Below are positions 18,605-28,614 of a stretch of 64,000 bases of DNA, in pieces. A model generated the notes under the pieces. It searched no databases. It saw only the letters and a list, made by a program, of their open reading frames with translations, and was not told the origin of the DNA. How positions within the stretch are numbered: position 1 is the stretch's first letter; every line of letters begins with the position of its first letter. The translations under genes and the position numbers were made by a program. This DNA is from Gammaproteobacteria bacterium. GTDB taxonomy: Bacteria > Pseudomonadota > Gammaproteobacteria > Steroidobacterales > SZUA-146. The stretch spans positions 17,351-81,350 of the forward strand of contig JBGCFV010000047.1 of assembly GCA_045107075.1 (NCBI GenBank). The letters run 5' to 3'.

Positions 18605-18748
18605 CCTGTTTATGAAATTTACTCTTCATCCCTATCTGGGCACTCCGGACCCAAGAATACCGGTCTAGCGTGAATTTCGGGTAGCAGAGCGTATCCTTGC
18701 AAGTCAGTATAAAAGACCCTCGACACGGAGAGTGCGTAAAGAGAACCA

Positions 18749-18921
18749 CCGCCATTGCGAGTCCGTATAGCGAACCTCCGTCATTGCGAGCCCGCGTAGC
18801 GGGTGTGGCAATCTCCTTCAGGCTAAGGCGAACCAGAAAGACAAGCCCCTGAGTCGTCAGGAGATTGCCACGCTCTTCGCACTCGCAAAGGCGAGATTAC
18901 CGGGCTCACACAATGACGGGG
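18749..18921. repeat. REP-like intergenic repeat cluster (two direct plus one inverted copy)
   Basis: CCATTGCGAGTCCGTATAGCG (18751-) and TCATTGCGAGCCCGCGTAGCGGGTGTGGCAATCTCC (18780-18816) are direct copies. The inverted copy is GGAGATTGCCACGCTCTTCGCACTCGCAAAGG (18860-). The outer arms CGTCATTG and CAATGACGG are also complementary. Confidence 0.5.
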
Positions 18922-18964
18922 AGAACGCTCCGCACGTTCTAACACGACATTTCAGCCAGAGACA

Positions 18965-18994
18965 CAACGCAAACAGCGGGCACTAGGCCCGCTG
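18965..18994 (-). terminator. rho-independent terminator candidate after rplS
   Basis: CAGCGGGC (18974-18981) pairs with GCCCGCTG (18987-18994). On the minus strand it is followed by TTTGCGTTG. Confidence 0.5.
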
Positions 18995-19018
18995 CAGAAT
19001 ATTGCGTCGAAAAAATGT

Positions 19019-19360
19019 TTAGATCTTTTCTTTAATACGCGCCGCTTTACCGGTGCGCTCACGCAGGTAGTAAAGCTTGGCACGGCGTACGTCGCCGCGG
19101 CGCTTTACTTCGATTGAGCTGATAACCGGACTGTACGTCTGGAATACACGCTCAACGCCTTCGCCGTGAGAGATTTTACGGACGGTGAACGCAGAGTTGA
19201 TGCCGCGGTTTCGCTTGGCAATAACAACACCTTCGTAGGCCTGCAAACGCTCGCGCTCGCCCTCTTTAACTTTCACCTGCACCACAACGGTGTCACCCGG
19301 TGCGAAACTTGGAAAATCAACGTTCATCTGTTCTTTATCGAGTTCGTCAATGATGTTCAT
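19019..19360 (-). CDS. rplS: 50S ribosomal protein L19
   Basis: 113 aa. [35 protein letters not shown] is the canonical L19 core, and the gene is last in the rpsP operon. Confidence 0.95.
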   Translation of the reverse strand: MNIIDELDKEQMNVDFPSFAPGDTVVVQVKVKEGERERLQAYEGVVIAKRNRGINSAFTVRKISHGEGVERVFQTYSPVISSIEVKRRGDVRRAKLYYLRERTGKAARIKEKI

Positions 19361-19391
19361 GTTCTTGTCCTGTGCTTAAATCTACAGCTGC

Positions 19392-20135
19392 TTATCTAGT
19401 ACCTTGTTCCTCGATAAACTCATCGAGCAACGCTTTTTCCTGGCTATTCAGTTCCCGTTTGTCCAGCAAATCGGGGCGTCTCAGCCATGTTCGTCCCAGC
19501 GCCTGTTTCAGCCGCCAGTTTTCTATCTTTTTGTGGTCGCCTCCGACCAGAACATCCGGTACGGCCATGCCGTCCAGTTGTTCAGGCCGCGTGTAGTGCG
19601 GGTGGTCGAGCAGCCCGTCTACAAACGAATCAAACTGTGCAGACCGGGAGTCACCCAACACGTCAGGTAACAAACGAGCGACACTGTCGATCACAACCAT
19701 GGCGGCTAACTCTCCGCCGCTCAACACGTAGTCGCCAATCGAGAGCTCTTCATCCACTCCCGCCGTCACTACGCGCTCATCAATACCTTCGTACCGCCCC
19801 GCTACCAGAATCAGTCCTGGCAAGCGTGCGTACTCAGCGGCTTTGGCCTGATCAAAACGTGCGCCCTGAGGCGACATCATGACGACCCGACTGCCTTTTG
19901 CACTTTGGTCTCTAGCCTTATTAACAGCTGCGAGCACAGGCTCTGCTTTCATCACCATGCCGGGGCCACCGCCGTAAGGCCGGTCATCCACCGTTCGGTG
20001 TACGTCGTGCGTAAACTCTCGCGGGTTTACGCTGGTGCAGTTAACAACGCCGCGTTCTATCGCGCGTCCCACAACACCACCTGACTTTACTGCGTCGATC
20101 ATGTCGGGGAACAGCGTGATGCAGGTAATCTGCAT
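19392..20135 (-). CDS. trmD: tRNA (guanine37-N1)-methyltransferase
   Basis: 247 aa. TLFPDM, DDRPYGGGPGMVM, GRYEGIDERV and SIGDYVLSGGE are TrmD signature blocks. Confidence 0.95.
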   Translation of the reverse strand: MQITCITLFPDMIDAVKSGGVVGRAIERGVVNCTSVNPREFTHDVHRTVDDRPYGGGPGMVMKAEPVLAAVNKARDQSAKGSRVVMMSPQGARFDQAKAAEYARLPGLILVAGRYEGIDERVVTAGVDEELSIGDYVLSGGELAAMVVIDSVARLLPDVLGDSRSAQFDSFVDGLLDHPHYTRPEQLDGMAVPDVLVGGDHKKIENWRLKQALGRTWLRRPDLLDKRELNSQEKALLDEFIEEQGTR

Positions 20136-20241
20136 GGGGTCACTCTCCTCGAAACGGTCACCGACTCATCAGCACGTTCGTTTGGTCATAGACTGCAAGC
20201 GTTTCAGCGCTTACCGTTCAGACCTGACGTTTGGTCCTGAA

Positions 20242-20760
20242 TTAAAAATCCGGGTCCCAGTCAACGCTTAACACCGCGTTGTCCAAATCCACCTTCTTAA
20301 CCACTTGACCTTGTATAAACGGTACAAGCCGTTGTCGTTCGTTATCGTCAATAATCAACACGTCGTTTGACCCCGTGGCCAACATCTCGGTCACTTTACC
20401 CAGAGGCACGTTGTCGATCGTAACGACATTCAGGCCGACCAGGTCGGCCCAGTAGTACTCGTCGCTCTCAAGTGAGGGCAGCTGACTGCGATGAATCGCA
20501 ACTTCTGTTCCTCGCAAAGCCAACGCCTCGTCGCGGTTCTGAACGTTGTCCAGCTGAACGACCATGCCTTTACCTTGCACTCTGGAGGACAGCACTTTGC
20601 GTTCCTGCCAGACGTCGCCTTGTTTCAGGTACCACGGGGAATAATCGAGTAGATTGCCCCGAGGTGACGTAAACGATGCGACTTTTGACCAGCCTTTAAT
20701 GCCGTGAGCCGTACCAAGCTGGCCCACCACAACATACTCGTCTTGCTCCTGCTTGTTCAT
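20242..20760 (-). CDS. rimM: ribosome maturation factor RimM
   Basis: 172 aa. VVGQLGTAHGIKGWSKV and a PRC-barrel C-terminus, placed between rpsP and trmD. Confidence 0.9.
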   Translation of the reverse strand: MNKQEQDEYVVVGQLGTAHGIKGWSKVASFTSPRGNLLDYSPWYLKQGDVWQERKVLSSRVQGKGMVVQLDNVQNRDEALALRGTEVAIHRSQLPSLESDEYYWADLVGLNVVTIDNVPLGKVTEMLATGSNDVLIIDDNERQRLVPFIQGQVVKKVDLDNAVLSVDWDPDF

Positions 20761-20812
20761 AACCCGTCGCTCCGGACACGCACAGCGTGATCCGTCACAG
20801 TGTCATCAACAA

Positions 20813-21070
20813 TTATGCAGCGGCGCTAGCTTTAGCGTCTTTCTTCAACAGGTAGCTAACACGGTCGCTCAGTTGAGCGCCCTGGCTGACCCAGTGTTGT
20901 GCACGTTCAGCGTCTACGCTGAGGCCTTTTTCCTGACCGCGAGCAAACGGGTTGTAGTAGCCCAGTCTTTCAATGTAACGACCGTCACGACGGTTGCGGC
21001 TGTCCGTTACAACAATGTGGTAGAACGGCTTCTTTTTAGCGCCGCCTCGAGATAAACGAATGGTAACCAT
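20813..21070 (-). CDS. rpsP: 30S ribosomal protein S16
   Basis: 85 aa. [41 protein letters not shown] is canonical S16. Confidence 0.95.
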   Translation of the reverse strand: MVTIRLSRGGAKKKPFYHIVVTDSRNRRDGRYIERLGYYNPFARGQEKGLSVDAERAQHWVSQGAQLSDRVSYLLKKDAKASAAA

Positions 21071-21251
21071 GCTTTATTAATCCAAATAGCGTACAAAAAA
21101 CCCACGGCGCTTGACGTCGCGGGCTGACCAACCCGGGATTGTACTGCAAAATGCTGAAAAGTGAAGTCTTATTGCAGTGCGATTCGAGAGACTGTTGAGA
21201 GAACCTGTTTCCGGGAGGATTCCCACACCCTGCCCGAAGAGACATAACGTT

Positions 21252-22613
21252 CTAGCGGCCACCCATTCCGGGTGGCATACGGCCCTGAAGGGAGCGCATC
21301 ATGCCTTTCATGCCCCCTTTTGAGAATTTCTTCATCATTTTGGCCATTTGCAGCTGCTGCTTCATCAGGCGATTGACATCCTGAACCTGAAGGCCCGCGC
21401 CTTGCGCGATACGTCGCTTACGTGACCCATTGATTAGTTTAGGAAATTTTCTTTCTCGCGGGGTCATGGAGTTAATCAACGCAATCTGTCGACGGACTGC
21501 TTTGTCGTCGGCTGCGGCGGCTGCCTGCGGTGGCAGCTTGTTGGCACCCGGCAGCTTGTCGATCATGGCGGCCATACCGCCCATGTTAAGCATTTGATTA
21601 AGTTGTGAGCGTAAGTCACCGAAATCAAATGCCTTACCCTTCTTGAGTTTCTTGGCCAGGCGCTCAGCCTCGTCCTGATCAACTTTTTCCTGAACGTTCT
21701 CGACCAGGCTTACGACGTCGCCCATGCCCAGAATACGACCAGCTACCCGCTCCGGGTGAAACGGCTCAAGGGCGTCAATTTTTTCGCCACTCCCGAGAAA
21801 TTTAATCGGTTTGCCTGTTACGTGACGCACGGACAAAGCCGCACCTCCGCGCGCATCACCATCTGTTTTGGTTAAAATAATGCCAGTCAGCGGCAGTGCG
21901 TCATTGAACGCTTTGGCGGCCACAACCGCGTCTTGTCCGGCCATGGCGTCGACCACGAACAGCGTTTCAACCGGTCCGCACGCGGCATGAACACTTTGCA
22001 CTTCGCCCATGAGTGTGTCGTCTACGTGCAAGCGGCCTGCGGTGTCGACGATGACGACATCCATAGAGAGACGCTTGCCCTCCGCTACGGCGGCTTTTGC
22101 AATATCGGCGGCTTTTTGGTCAGTAGAACTGGCCATGAAGGTTGCGCCAACCTGGTCGGCCAGTCGCTCCAGCTGCAAAATAGCCGCAGGCCGATAAATG
22201 TCGGCACTGGCCAGCAACACCTTTTTCTTCTGCTTTTCGATCAGCAGGCGAGCCAGTTTGCCGGCGGTTGTGGTTTTACCCGCGCCCTGCAAGCCGGCCA
22301 AAAGAACGACCGCTGGTGGCCTCGCACTCAGGTCAAGTGATTCGTTTGCCTGCCCCATCACGCGAACAAGTTCGTCATTGACCAGTTTGATAAACGCCTG
22401 ACCCGGGGTCAGGCTCTTGCTAAATTCAGTGCCAAGCGCCTTTTCTTTCAACACGCTCATGATGTCTTTGACGACCGGCAAGGCCACATCGGCCTCAAGC
22501 AGCGCCATGCGCACCTGACGCAGCGCGTCCTGAATATTGTCTTCGGTCAAACGACCCGAGCCGCGCAGCTTCTCGACTACACCGCCTAACCGTTCGGAAA
22601 GATTATCAAACAT
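21252..22613 (-). CDS. ffh: signal recognition particle protein Ffh
   Basis: 453 aa. NG domain with GLQGAGKTTT, DTAGR and TKTDGD, followed by a Met-rich M domain. Confidence 0.95.
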   Translation of the reverse strand: MFDNLSERLGGVVEKLRGSGRLTEDNIQDALRQVRMALLEADVALPVVKDIMSVLKEKALGTEFSKSLTPGQAFIKLVNDELVRVMGQANESLDLSARPPAVVLLAGLQGAGKTTTAGKLARLLIEKQKKKVLLASADIYRPAAILQLERLADQVGATFMASSTDQKAADIAKAAVAEGKRLSMDVVIVDTAGRLHVDDTLMGEVQSVHAACGPVETLFVVDAMAGQDAVVAAKAFNDALPLTGIILTKTDGDARGGAALSVRHVTGKPIKFLGSGEKIDALEPFHPERVAGRILGMGDVVSLVENVQEKVDQDEAERLAKKLKKGKAFDFGDLRSQLNQMLNMGGMAAMIDKLPGANKLPPQAAAAADDKAVRRQIALINSMTPRERKFPKLINGSRKRRIAQGAGLQVQDVNRLMKQQLQMAKMMKKFSKGGMKGMMRSLQGRMPPGMGGR

Positions 22614-23091
22614 GGCTACCTCAAAATTTTGTGATCCATCAGTATACAGGCTCCAGACGGAGCGCGTCTTGAGGAATTCAACAGAATATTCCGCCGGACA
22701 TCGTGCCGTGTGCGATCAGAACGGACTAAGTCGCGCAGGAGCGGCAACCTGCCGCGATTAAGACACCGATTAGCGAGGCTGGAAGTGCCCTTGGGGTGCG
22801 ATAGAACAACAGCCATCTGTGCATGTTAAGGCGATGGCCTGAATGACTTTGGAGTCGTTACGCTCCAGTGCAGGCTGCCCGTATTCACCGATCCAGAATG
22901 CGCAAAATACAATTCAGGACCCTACAGAGCCTGGAGTGACAAATGATCGCAACGCCTGCAAGATGGTCTAAGCACACGAATTTCTCATCCTTTGCGATCG
23001 CTCGCACTTCCCCCTTAAACAAGAATACTTCTCAACCCGACCGGTTCTGTGTTAGTTTCTCCTAAGTCAGCGTAATCATTAGAGCTTTTTA

Positions 23092-23886
23092 GTGTTTCAA
23101 GTCACAATCCCTTTGGCATTAGCAACGGCCTACGTCGTCAGCGGCACGCGTCGCATGCGTGCGGACGTTCCGCGAAGCACGCTAAGCACCCTTTTTGCTC
23201 TGGTCATCATTGTGGCTCACGCCTCCTGGCTTGGGTACGAACTGATTTTTGAGCATGGCCGACTGACCGTTGCCCACGTGCTGTCACTGTCAGCGCTTGC
23301 GCTCGCGTTAATCGCTACATTAAGTTCGCGACTACCCGGCGGCTACGCCTTCACCGGCCTGTTGTTTGTATTTGCCGGAGCGACTACGGCGTTAACCGCC
23401 ATTAACTTTACCGACGCGGGTATGCCCACAACGCAGGGCTGGCCACTCATCGCACACATTATTTTCTCTACCGTAGCCTACGCGCTGTTCGGCATCGCCG
23501 CGCTGGTCGCTTTTATGCTGGTGTGGAAAGAGAAACAAATTCGGCGCAGCAACGTTTCATCGTTTGCCGAGAAAATGCCGTCACTGCTGACCATGGAACA
23601 AGTGCAGTTCAGGGCCATTACCATTGGTTTTATCACACTAACCCTGTCGGTATTCAGTGGCCTGATTTTTATCGACGACATACGTGCACAGCACCTGACG
23701 CATAAAACAGCGTTAACCGCATTAGCCTGGATAGTCTTCGGCGGCCTTCTACTGGGTCGCTGGCGTTTTGGCTGGCGCGGACGCACCGCAGCTGGCTGGA
23801 CCCTGACAGGCTGCCTGCTACTGGTACTCGCCTACTTTGGCACACGGCTAGTGCTCGAAGTCCTGCTTCAAAGGCAGTGGGGCTAG
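23092..23886 (+). CDS. ypjD: cytochrome c assembly (CcsA-like) family inner membrane protein
   Basis: 264 aa with eight TM segments, divergent from ffh as ypjD is in E. coli (synteny recalled from memory). GTG start. Confidence 0.6.
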   Translation: MFQVTIPLALATAYVVSGTRRMRADVPRSTLSTLFALVIIVAHASWLGYELIFEHGRLTVAHVLSLSALALALIATLSSRLPGGYAFTGLLFVFAGATTALTAINFTDAGMPTTQGWPLIAHIIFSTVAYALFGIAALVAFMLVWKEKQIRRSNVSSFAEKMPSLLTMEQVQFRAITIGFITLTLSVFSGLIFIDDIRAQHLTHKTALTALAWIVFGGLLLGRWRFGWRGRTAAGWTLTGCLLLVLAYFGTRLVLEVLLQRQWG

Positions 23887-23889
23887 AAC

Positions 23890-25173
23890 TTGGAACAAGG
23901 TTTTAGTACGCCCGTTCTCATCGGGTTTCTGTTCGGCCTGATTCTTCTCTCCGCGTTCTTTTCAGGTTCGGAAACCGCTCTGATGCGCGTCAATCGCTAT
24001 CGTCTTAGCGCCAAGGCTCGCAAAGGCCACCGCGGCGCTCGTGTAGCGGCCCGCCTGCTTGAAAAACCCGACCAGCTTATTGGCCTGATTCTGCTCGGTA
24101 ACAATGTGGTCAACATTGCTGCTACGGTGCTGGCAACCCTCATCGCGCAGCGGATCGGCTGGGGCCCGGAAATCGTGCCGATCATTCTGACCCCCATCGT
24201 GCTTATCTTTGCTGAGCTGGCACCAAAAACGGTCGCAGCTTACAAGCCCGAAAGCATTGCCTACCCGGCCGCCATCATCTACGCACCGCTCCTTTGGGTG
24301 TTCTTACCCTTCATTTATTTGATTAATAAAGTTGCGAACGGCCTGCTCAAACTGTTCGGTTTTGGCGACGAAGACGAATCGTTAACTTCGTTAAGCAGCG
24401 AAGAACTCCGCCTCGCTGTGAAAGAAGCCGGCACGTTAATTCCTCAGTCACGTCAAACCATGTTGCTGCGTGTGCTGGATCTTGACAGCGTCACGGTCGA
24501 AGACATCATGATTCCTCGTGCCGACATTAACGGCATCGACATGGACGACGACTGGGACGACATTGTCTCCCAGCTACGTAACAGTCCGCATACGCGTATT
24601 CCGGTTTATCGCGACGAGTACGAAAAAGTTGAGGGCATTTTGCACCTTCGTAAAGTGGTCCCTCAACTGATGCGCGACTCGCTGTCACCCGAAGCCTTGC
24701 GTTCAGCGATGATCCCCGCTTACTACGCACCTGAAGACACGCCGCTCAACAGGCAGCTTCTTAATTTTCAGAACGACCGTCACCGCATGTCGCTGGTAGT
24801 CGATGAGTACGGCGACGTTCAGGGACTTGTCACACTGGGTGACCTGCTCGCCGAAATTGTGGGCGACTTTCAGGACGGTCAGATCGTCGACATTCCAAAT
24901 ACAGAAGAGCTCGAAGAAGGCATCTTCCAGGTCGACGGCGCCAGCAACTTGCGCGAACTCAACCGCTCAATGGGCTGGAACTTTCCAACCAACGGTGCAA
25001 AAACACTCAGCGGCCTCATCGTAGATCACCTCGAGACCATTCCAACTCAAGGCACTAGCCTGATACTACACGGCTACTCGTTAGAAGTTGTACATGTACG
25101 TGACAACACAATTAAGACGCTTAAAGTAAGCGAGCTTATTGACGTGAACGATCCGTCCGACACATCCGAGTAA
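23890..25173 (+). CDS. HlyC/CorC family transporter (DUF21, CBS pair, CorC_HlyC domains)
   Basis: 427 aa with an N-terminal DUF21 membrane domain (FFSGSETAL). The CBS pair includes VEDIMIPR, and the C-terminus is a CorC/HlyC transporter-associated domain. TTG start per the ORF track. Confidence 0.85.
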   Translation: MEQGFSTPVLIGFLFGLILLSAFFSGSETALMRVNRYRLSAKARKGHRGARVAARLLEKPDQLIGLILLGNNVVNIAATVLATLIAQRIGWGPEIVPIILTPIVLIFAELAPKTVAAYKPESIAYPAAIIYAPLLWVFLPFIYLINKVANGLLKLFGFGDEDESLTSLSSEELRLAVKEAGTLIPQSRQTMLLRVLDLDSVTVEDIMIPRADINGIDMDDDWDDIVSQLRNSPHTRIPVYRDEYEKVEGILHLRKVVPQLMRDSLSPEALRSAMIPAYYAPEDTPLNRQLLNFQNDRHRMSLVVDEYGDVQGLVTLGDLLAEIVGDFQDGQIVDIPNTEELEEGIFQVDGASNLRELNRSMGWNFPTNGAKTLSGLIVDHLETIPTQGTSLILHGYSLEVVHVRDNTIKTLKVSELIDVNDPSDTSE

Positions 25174-25233
25174 CCACTTTAATTCTCGGAACGTCACGAG
25201 ATCCAGTTCAACTCGGCGACAGGAGATAATTTA

Positions 25234-25503
25234 ATGAAACACGTTCTTTTGGTTCTCATGCTGATTTGCCTGGCCGCCTGTGGCGACAGCCAGCCGGCCG
25301 AAAACAACGCAACGGAGTTGCGCGACTGGGCTAAAAGCCAAACGTCACGCGCTGAGCTCACCACAGAAATTGCGACCGCTAAAATGTCTTTGCGTCTGCT
25401 TCAGCAAAGCGACCCACAGGGTAAGGCAACAGTTGAACTCAAAGCCCGAATTGCGGCGCTTGAAAAAGAACTCAAAGAACTGGAGTCAGTGACGAAACAC
25501 TGA
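25234..25503 (+). CDS. small coiled-coil lipoprotein, hypothetical
   Basis: 89 aa with a lipobox (ICLAACGD) and a heptad-like C-terminus (RIAALEKELKELE). RBS-like aggagataa lies upstream. Confidence 0.4.
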   Translation: MKHVLLVLMLICLAACGDSQPAENNATELRDWAKSQTSRAELTTEIATAKMSLRLLQQSDPQGKATVELKARIAALEKELKELESVTKH

Positions 25504-25635
25504 AAACAAACTACGCTTTTCTGCTTGTCTCGCCTCAGGTTATACGTTTGACACGCCTCTGAACGAGCCGGGACGACTAACCATAGAGCAATAGAGCGGT
25601 TGACAAAATCTGCTAAGCACGTCTTCTACTTACAA

Positions 25636-26169
25636 TCAAACAAACGTCTGGGGCAGTGAATGTATCTCCACCTTCACCCTCCAATCCTCCAGGAATTTCA
25701 CCAACGGCGCAGGATCTTCATCGTGTGGAATTTCTAACGTCTCCAAAAGTCGACGCTTGTCAAATATATCCATGACGACCATGGGTTTTTCCGAGGTATT
25801 AATAGTCCGAATTTCGCATCGCTCTATTTTGCGATACTCAATCGTTTTCGGAAACTTGGATTTCATCGACTGGATCGCGATGACATCTTTATGAAGCGTT
25901 ATCGTTCGGTTTACAAGACCTGTCAGAAAAACCACCGGTAGAATGGCAAGCGCTGTACCCAGTGGAATGTAAACGAGCTGCGGCCCAAATACGTCCTCCC
26001 CTCGAATTGCGGAAACGAAAATCATAAGCAGAACTATAGCTATGGCCAAAATTGCGGATCCTTGAAACGCTTCTTTAAGCAAACTTGTGTTTGCTTCTTT
26101 GCGCTTAAGATCTGACATTCTTCGGGTTTCTCTCCAGGAAATCGAAGTGGATTTAATTCTATATTTCAT
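25636..26169 (-). CDS. hypothetical two-TM membrane protein
   Basis: 177-aa ORF with two adjacent hydrophobic helices and then a soluble domain. Visibly AT-richer than its neighbours. No family recognised. Confidence 0.35.
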   Translation of the reverse strand: MKYRIKSTSISWRETRRMSDLKRKEANTSLLKEAFQGSAILAIAIVLLMIFVSAIRGEDVFGPQLVYIPLGTALAILPVVFLTGLVNRTITLHKDVIAIQSMKSKFPKTIEYRKIERCEIRTINTSEKPMVVMDIFDKRRLLETLEIPHDEDPAPLVKFLEDWRVKVEIHSLPQTFV

Positions 26170-26350
26170 AGACTCCTAATAAAACTGAGGCGAACTATCT
26201 GGGCAACAAATAATTCGGGATAGCTGTTAACACACTCGAATAGCAACCACGGCTAGAGCAGATGCTCTCACCGTCATGATGCCCGATCTAAGGGAAAATG
26301 AAACCTCTGTCTATTCGTCAACGAACACCGACATCAACCTAATTTTCTTG

Positions 26351-27214
26351 TCAGAAACCCGCACTCGGACCAGGCGGCATAAAAAACAGCTCGCTCATCA
26401 CCAAAAAGTCGACAAAGTTAACCACACCGTCACTGTTAAAATCAGCGACCTCGTCGTTAGATAAGAAGAGCATTGAGAACTGACTCAAGTCGATAAAGTT
26501 AACTATTTTATCGCCGTTCAAGTCTGGGTCACAGGCGTTACCAAACCCGTCAAAGTCGGCGTCCTCTTGACCCGGATTGGCTGCTAGCGTGCAATTGTCA
26601 GATGAGTCGGGTACCGCATCTCCGTCTGCATCAGCTTCGACAATATCTTGACAGGTAATCGGCTGAGATCCGCCGCTGTTAATTTGGCAAATCACTTTAT
26701 CGCCCGCGCTACTGGTCAGGTAAGCAAACGCAAGATTCACCCCGACTCGCGAAGGCTGGCCTGATGTTTCCATCCACGTAAAGTTACTACTGGTTGCGAC
26801 CAGCGGATCAGCAAACTAGCTTTCATTCCTGTCCACCACTACCTGAGTAAACCCCGGTCCAAATAGTGTATTGAAATCGGTAAGATCAGGCACACCGGAC
26901 GTAAAAAGATAAATGGGAATATCCGGCGTGCCCGTTTCAAACACCAGCTGGGAATCCCAGGTGGCTGGGTCAAAAATCGCGGACGTCCAACCGGTCAGAC
27001 CTGTATCAGAACTGTTTGCCGCTGAATTAATGTGTCCCCACGCTGCCATCCGCCAAATAGCTCCAGGCGGCACAGGTGGCTGATTGATGGTAACTGTGTA
27101 GATACCACCGTCACCGTCCAGAATAGGCACTTCAGTGACATAAACGTCGGGAAGACTACCTGCGTAACCGCTCGATGCGAACAGGCACAATAAAATACTG
27201 GCTATTTTCTTCAT
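26351..27214 (-). pseudogene. secreted TSP3/dockerin-cassette protein gene interrupted by one in-frame TAG
   Basis: ORFs 26816-27214 (signal peptide MKKIASILLCLFASSGYAGS) and 26351-26773 (cassette ending FFMPPGPSAGF) are in the same frame. The span is 864 nt, or 288 codons. The only interruption is TAG at 26816-26818. The 14 intervening codons (FADPLVATSSNFTW) are open. Confidence 0.55.
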
Positions 27215-28071
27215 GTTAATTCCCCCAGGTAAATAACATGGTGCGAAGGGGAAGCATCTACAGTGTGCTTTGAGAGTTGATTTGGCTCACCGTCATTGCT
27301 ACGACCTGACACCTCGTGTCTTCCTGCAAAGCACGCTTTGAATTTAACTTGACCTTGCAAAAAGGTCTATTAGGTTTACTCCGCCACACGTCACGCTGTC
27401 AATTCAATTTGCCGCTGTCAGCGATTCAAGAGCAAAGATCATAAACTTACGCCCGATTAAGACACTGAAGACTCGTTCGAAATGGAGTTAAACGTTTGGA
27501 ATCGGTTTAGTTACGCAGGCACATGGACGAAGAAAGCACGTTAGTCTCACGCGTGTCACCGGGCGTTTTGAAAAACTTAAAACGGTCAAAAACTATCTCG
27601 TTTCTTCCAGCAACTAAGATTGCTCTTCACTAAAAGGCACAGACCACTGCCCTTTTGTAATCACAAACCCACGCAGGCCCAGCACGACGTACATGGCTAG
27701 AATAGGTGATATTAAAAGTACCTCCGCCTGATTGAATTTGTTGTTACGAGCGCCGTATTCGGATGCGATGGCTCAGTACTGATAGACCGCGAGAGCCGTT
27801 AATGCACCGCTTAGATACTTCAGAACTATTTGAAGTTTCGCGGAAATTGATCAAGGGTTTTCGTCTTGCGTTACACCACGGCGTTGCGGAGACTTCATGT
27901 GTTTGATTTCGCACATCAAGGCCCCCGTACAGCATACAGAAAGGCAGTCGATATGCTACTGTATCCAGGCGCTTACGACCCGTGCCAGCCGGTCTCGATG
28001 TGGCTGCTCACTGAATCTACGACTCGAAAACAGGCGCAGTGCCTCATTAATTAGTCCGTAGCGAGTATTAA

Positions 28072-28533
28072 ATGAAACATGAACTCTATGTATTAGTCAT
28101 ACTCGTGATCACGGTAACTGCCTGCACCCATACCGTTCCACCACAAACAGCATCAACGCTGACTAACCTGACATGGCTGGAAGGGTGTTGGCAAACAGGC
28201 AACGGTGTTGAAGAAAGCTGGATGCGGTCGAAACAAGGCGACCAGCTTTTCGGTTACAGCGTCACAACGAAAGCGGGTCAAAGAGTATTCTTTGAGCAGC
28301 TACGCATTGACTTAAACGAACAGCAAGCTACTCTTTTCGCCTATCCCAAAGGCATAGGACCCACGCCGTTTGACGCTAACATCAACAAACCGTATTCAAT
28401 TGAGTTCATCAATGCTGAGAATGACTATCCACAACGCATCCGCTATTCAATTGTCAGTGGACGCATTGAAGCTACAATTTCTTTACTTGATAACACCAAC
28501 ATGAACACCTGGAGCTATGAACGCTGTGATTAG
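28072..28533 (+). CDS. hypothetical lipoprotein (resembles DUF6265 family from memory)
   Basis: 153 aa with a lipobox (VTACTH). The motif LTWLEGCWQT..ESW fits my recollection of that family. Confidence 0.45.
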   Translation: MKHELYVLVILVITVTACTHTVPPQTASTLTNLTWLEGCWQTGNGVEESWMRSKQGDQLFGYSVTTKAGQRVFFEQLRIDLNEQQATLFAYPKGIGPTPFDANINKPYSIEFINAENDYPQRIRYSIVSGRIEATISLLDNTNMNTWSYERCD

Positions 28534-28614
28534 GTCAAAACCGCGTTACGTCATGGCGAATCAGTACCAGCACACCATTGCCGCTATCAACCTCTGAAAT
28601 AGAGAGATTTTGAA

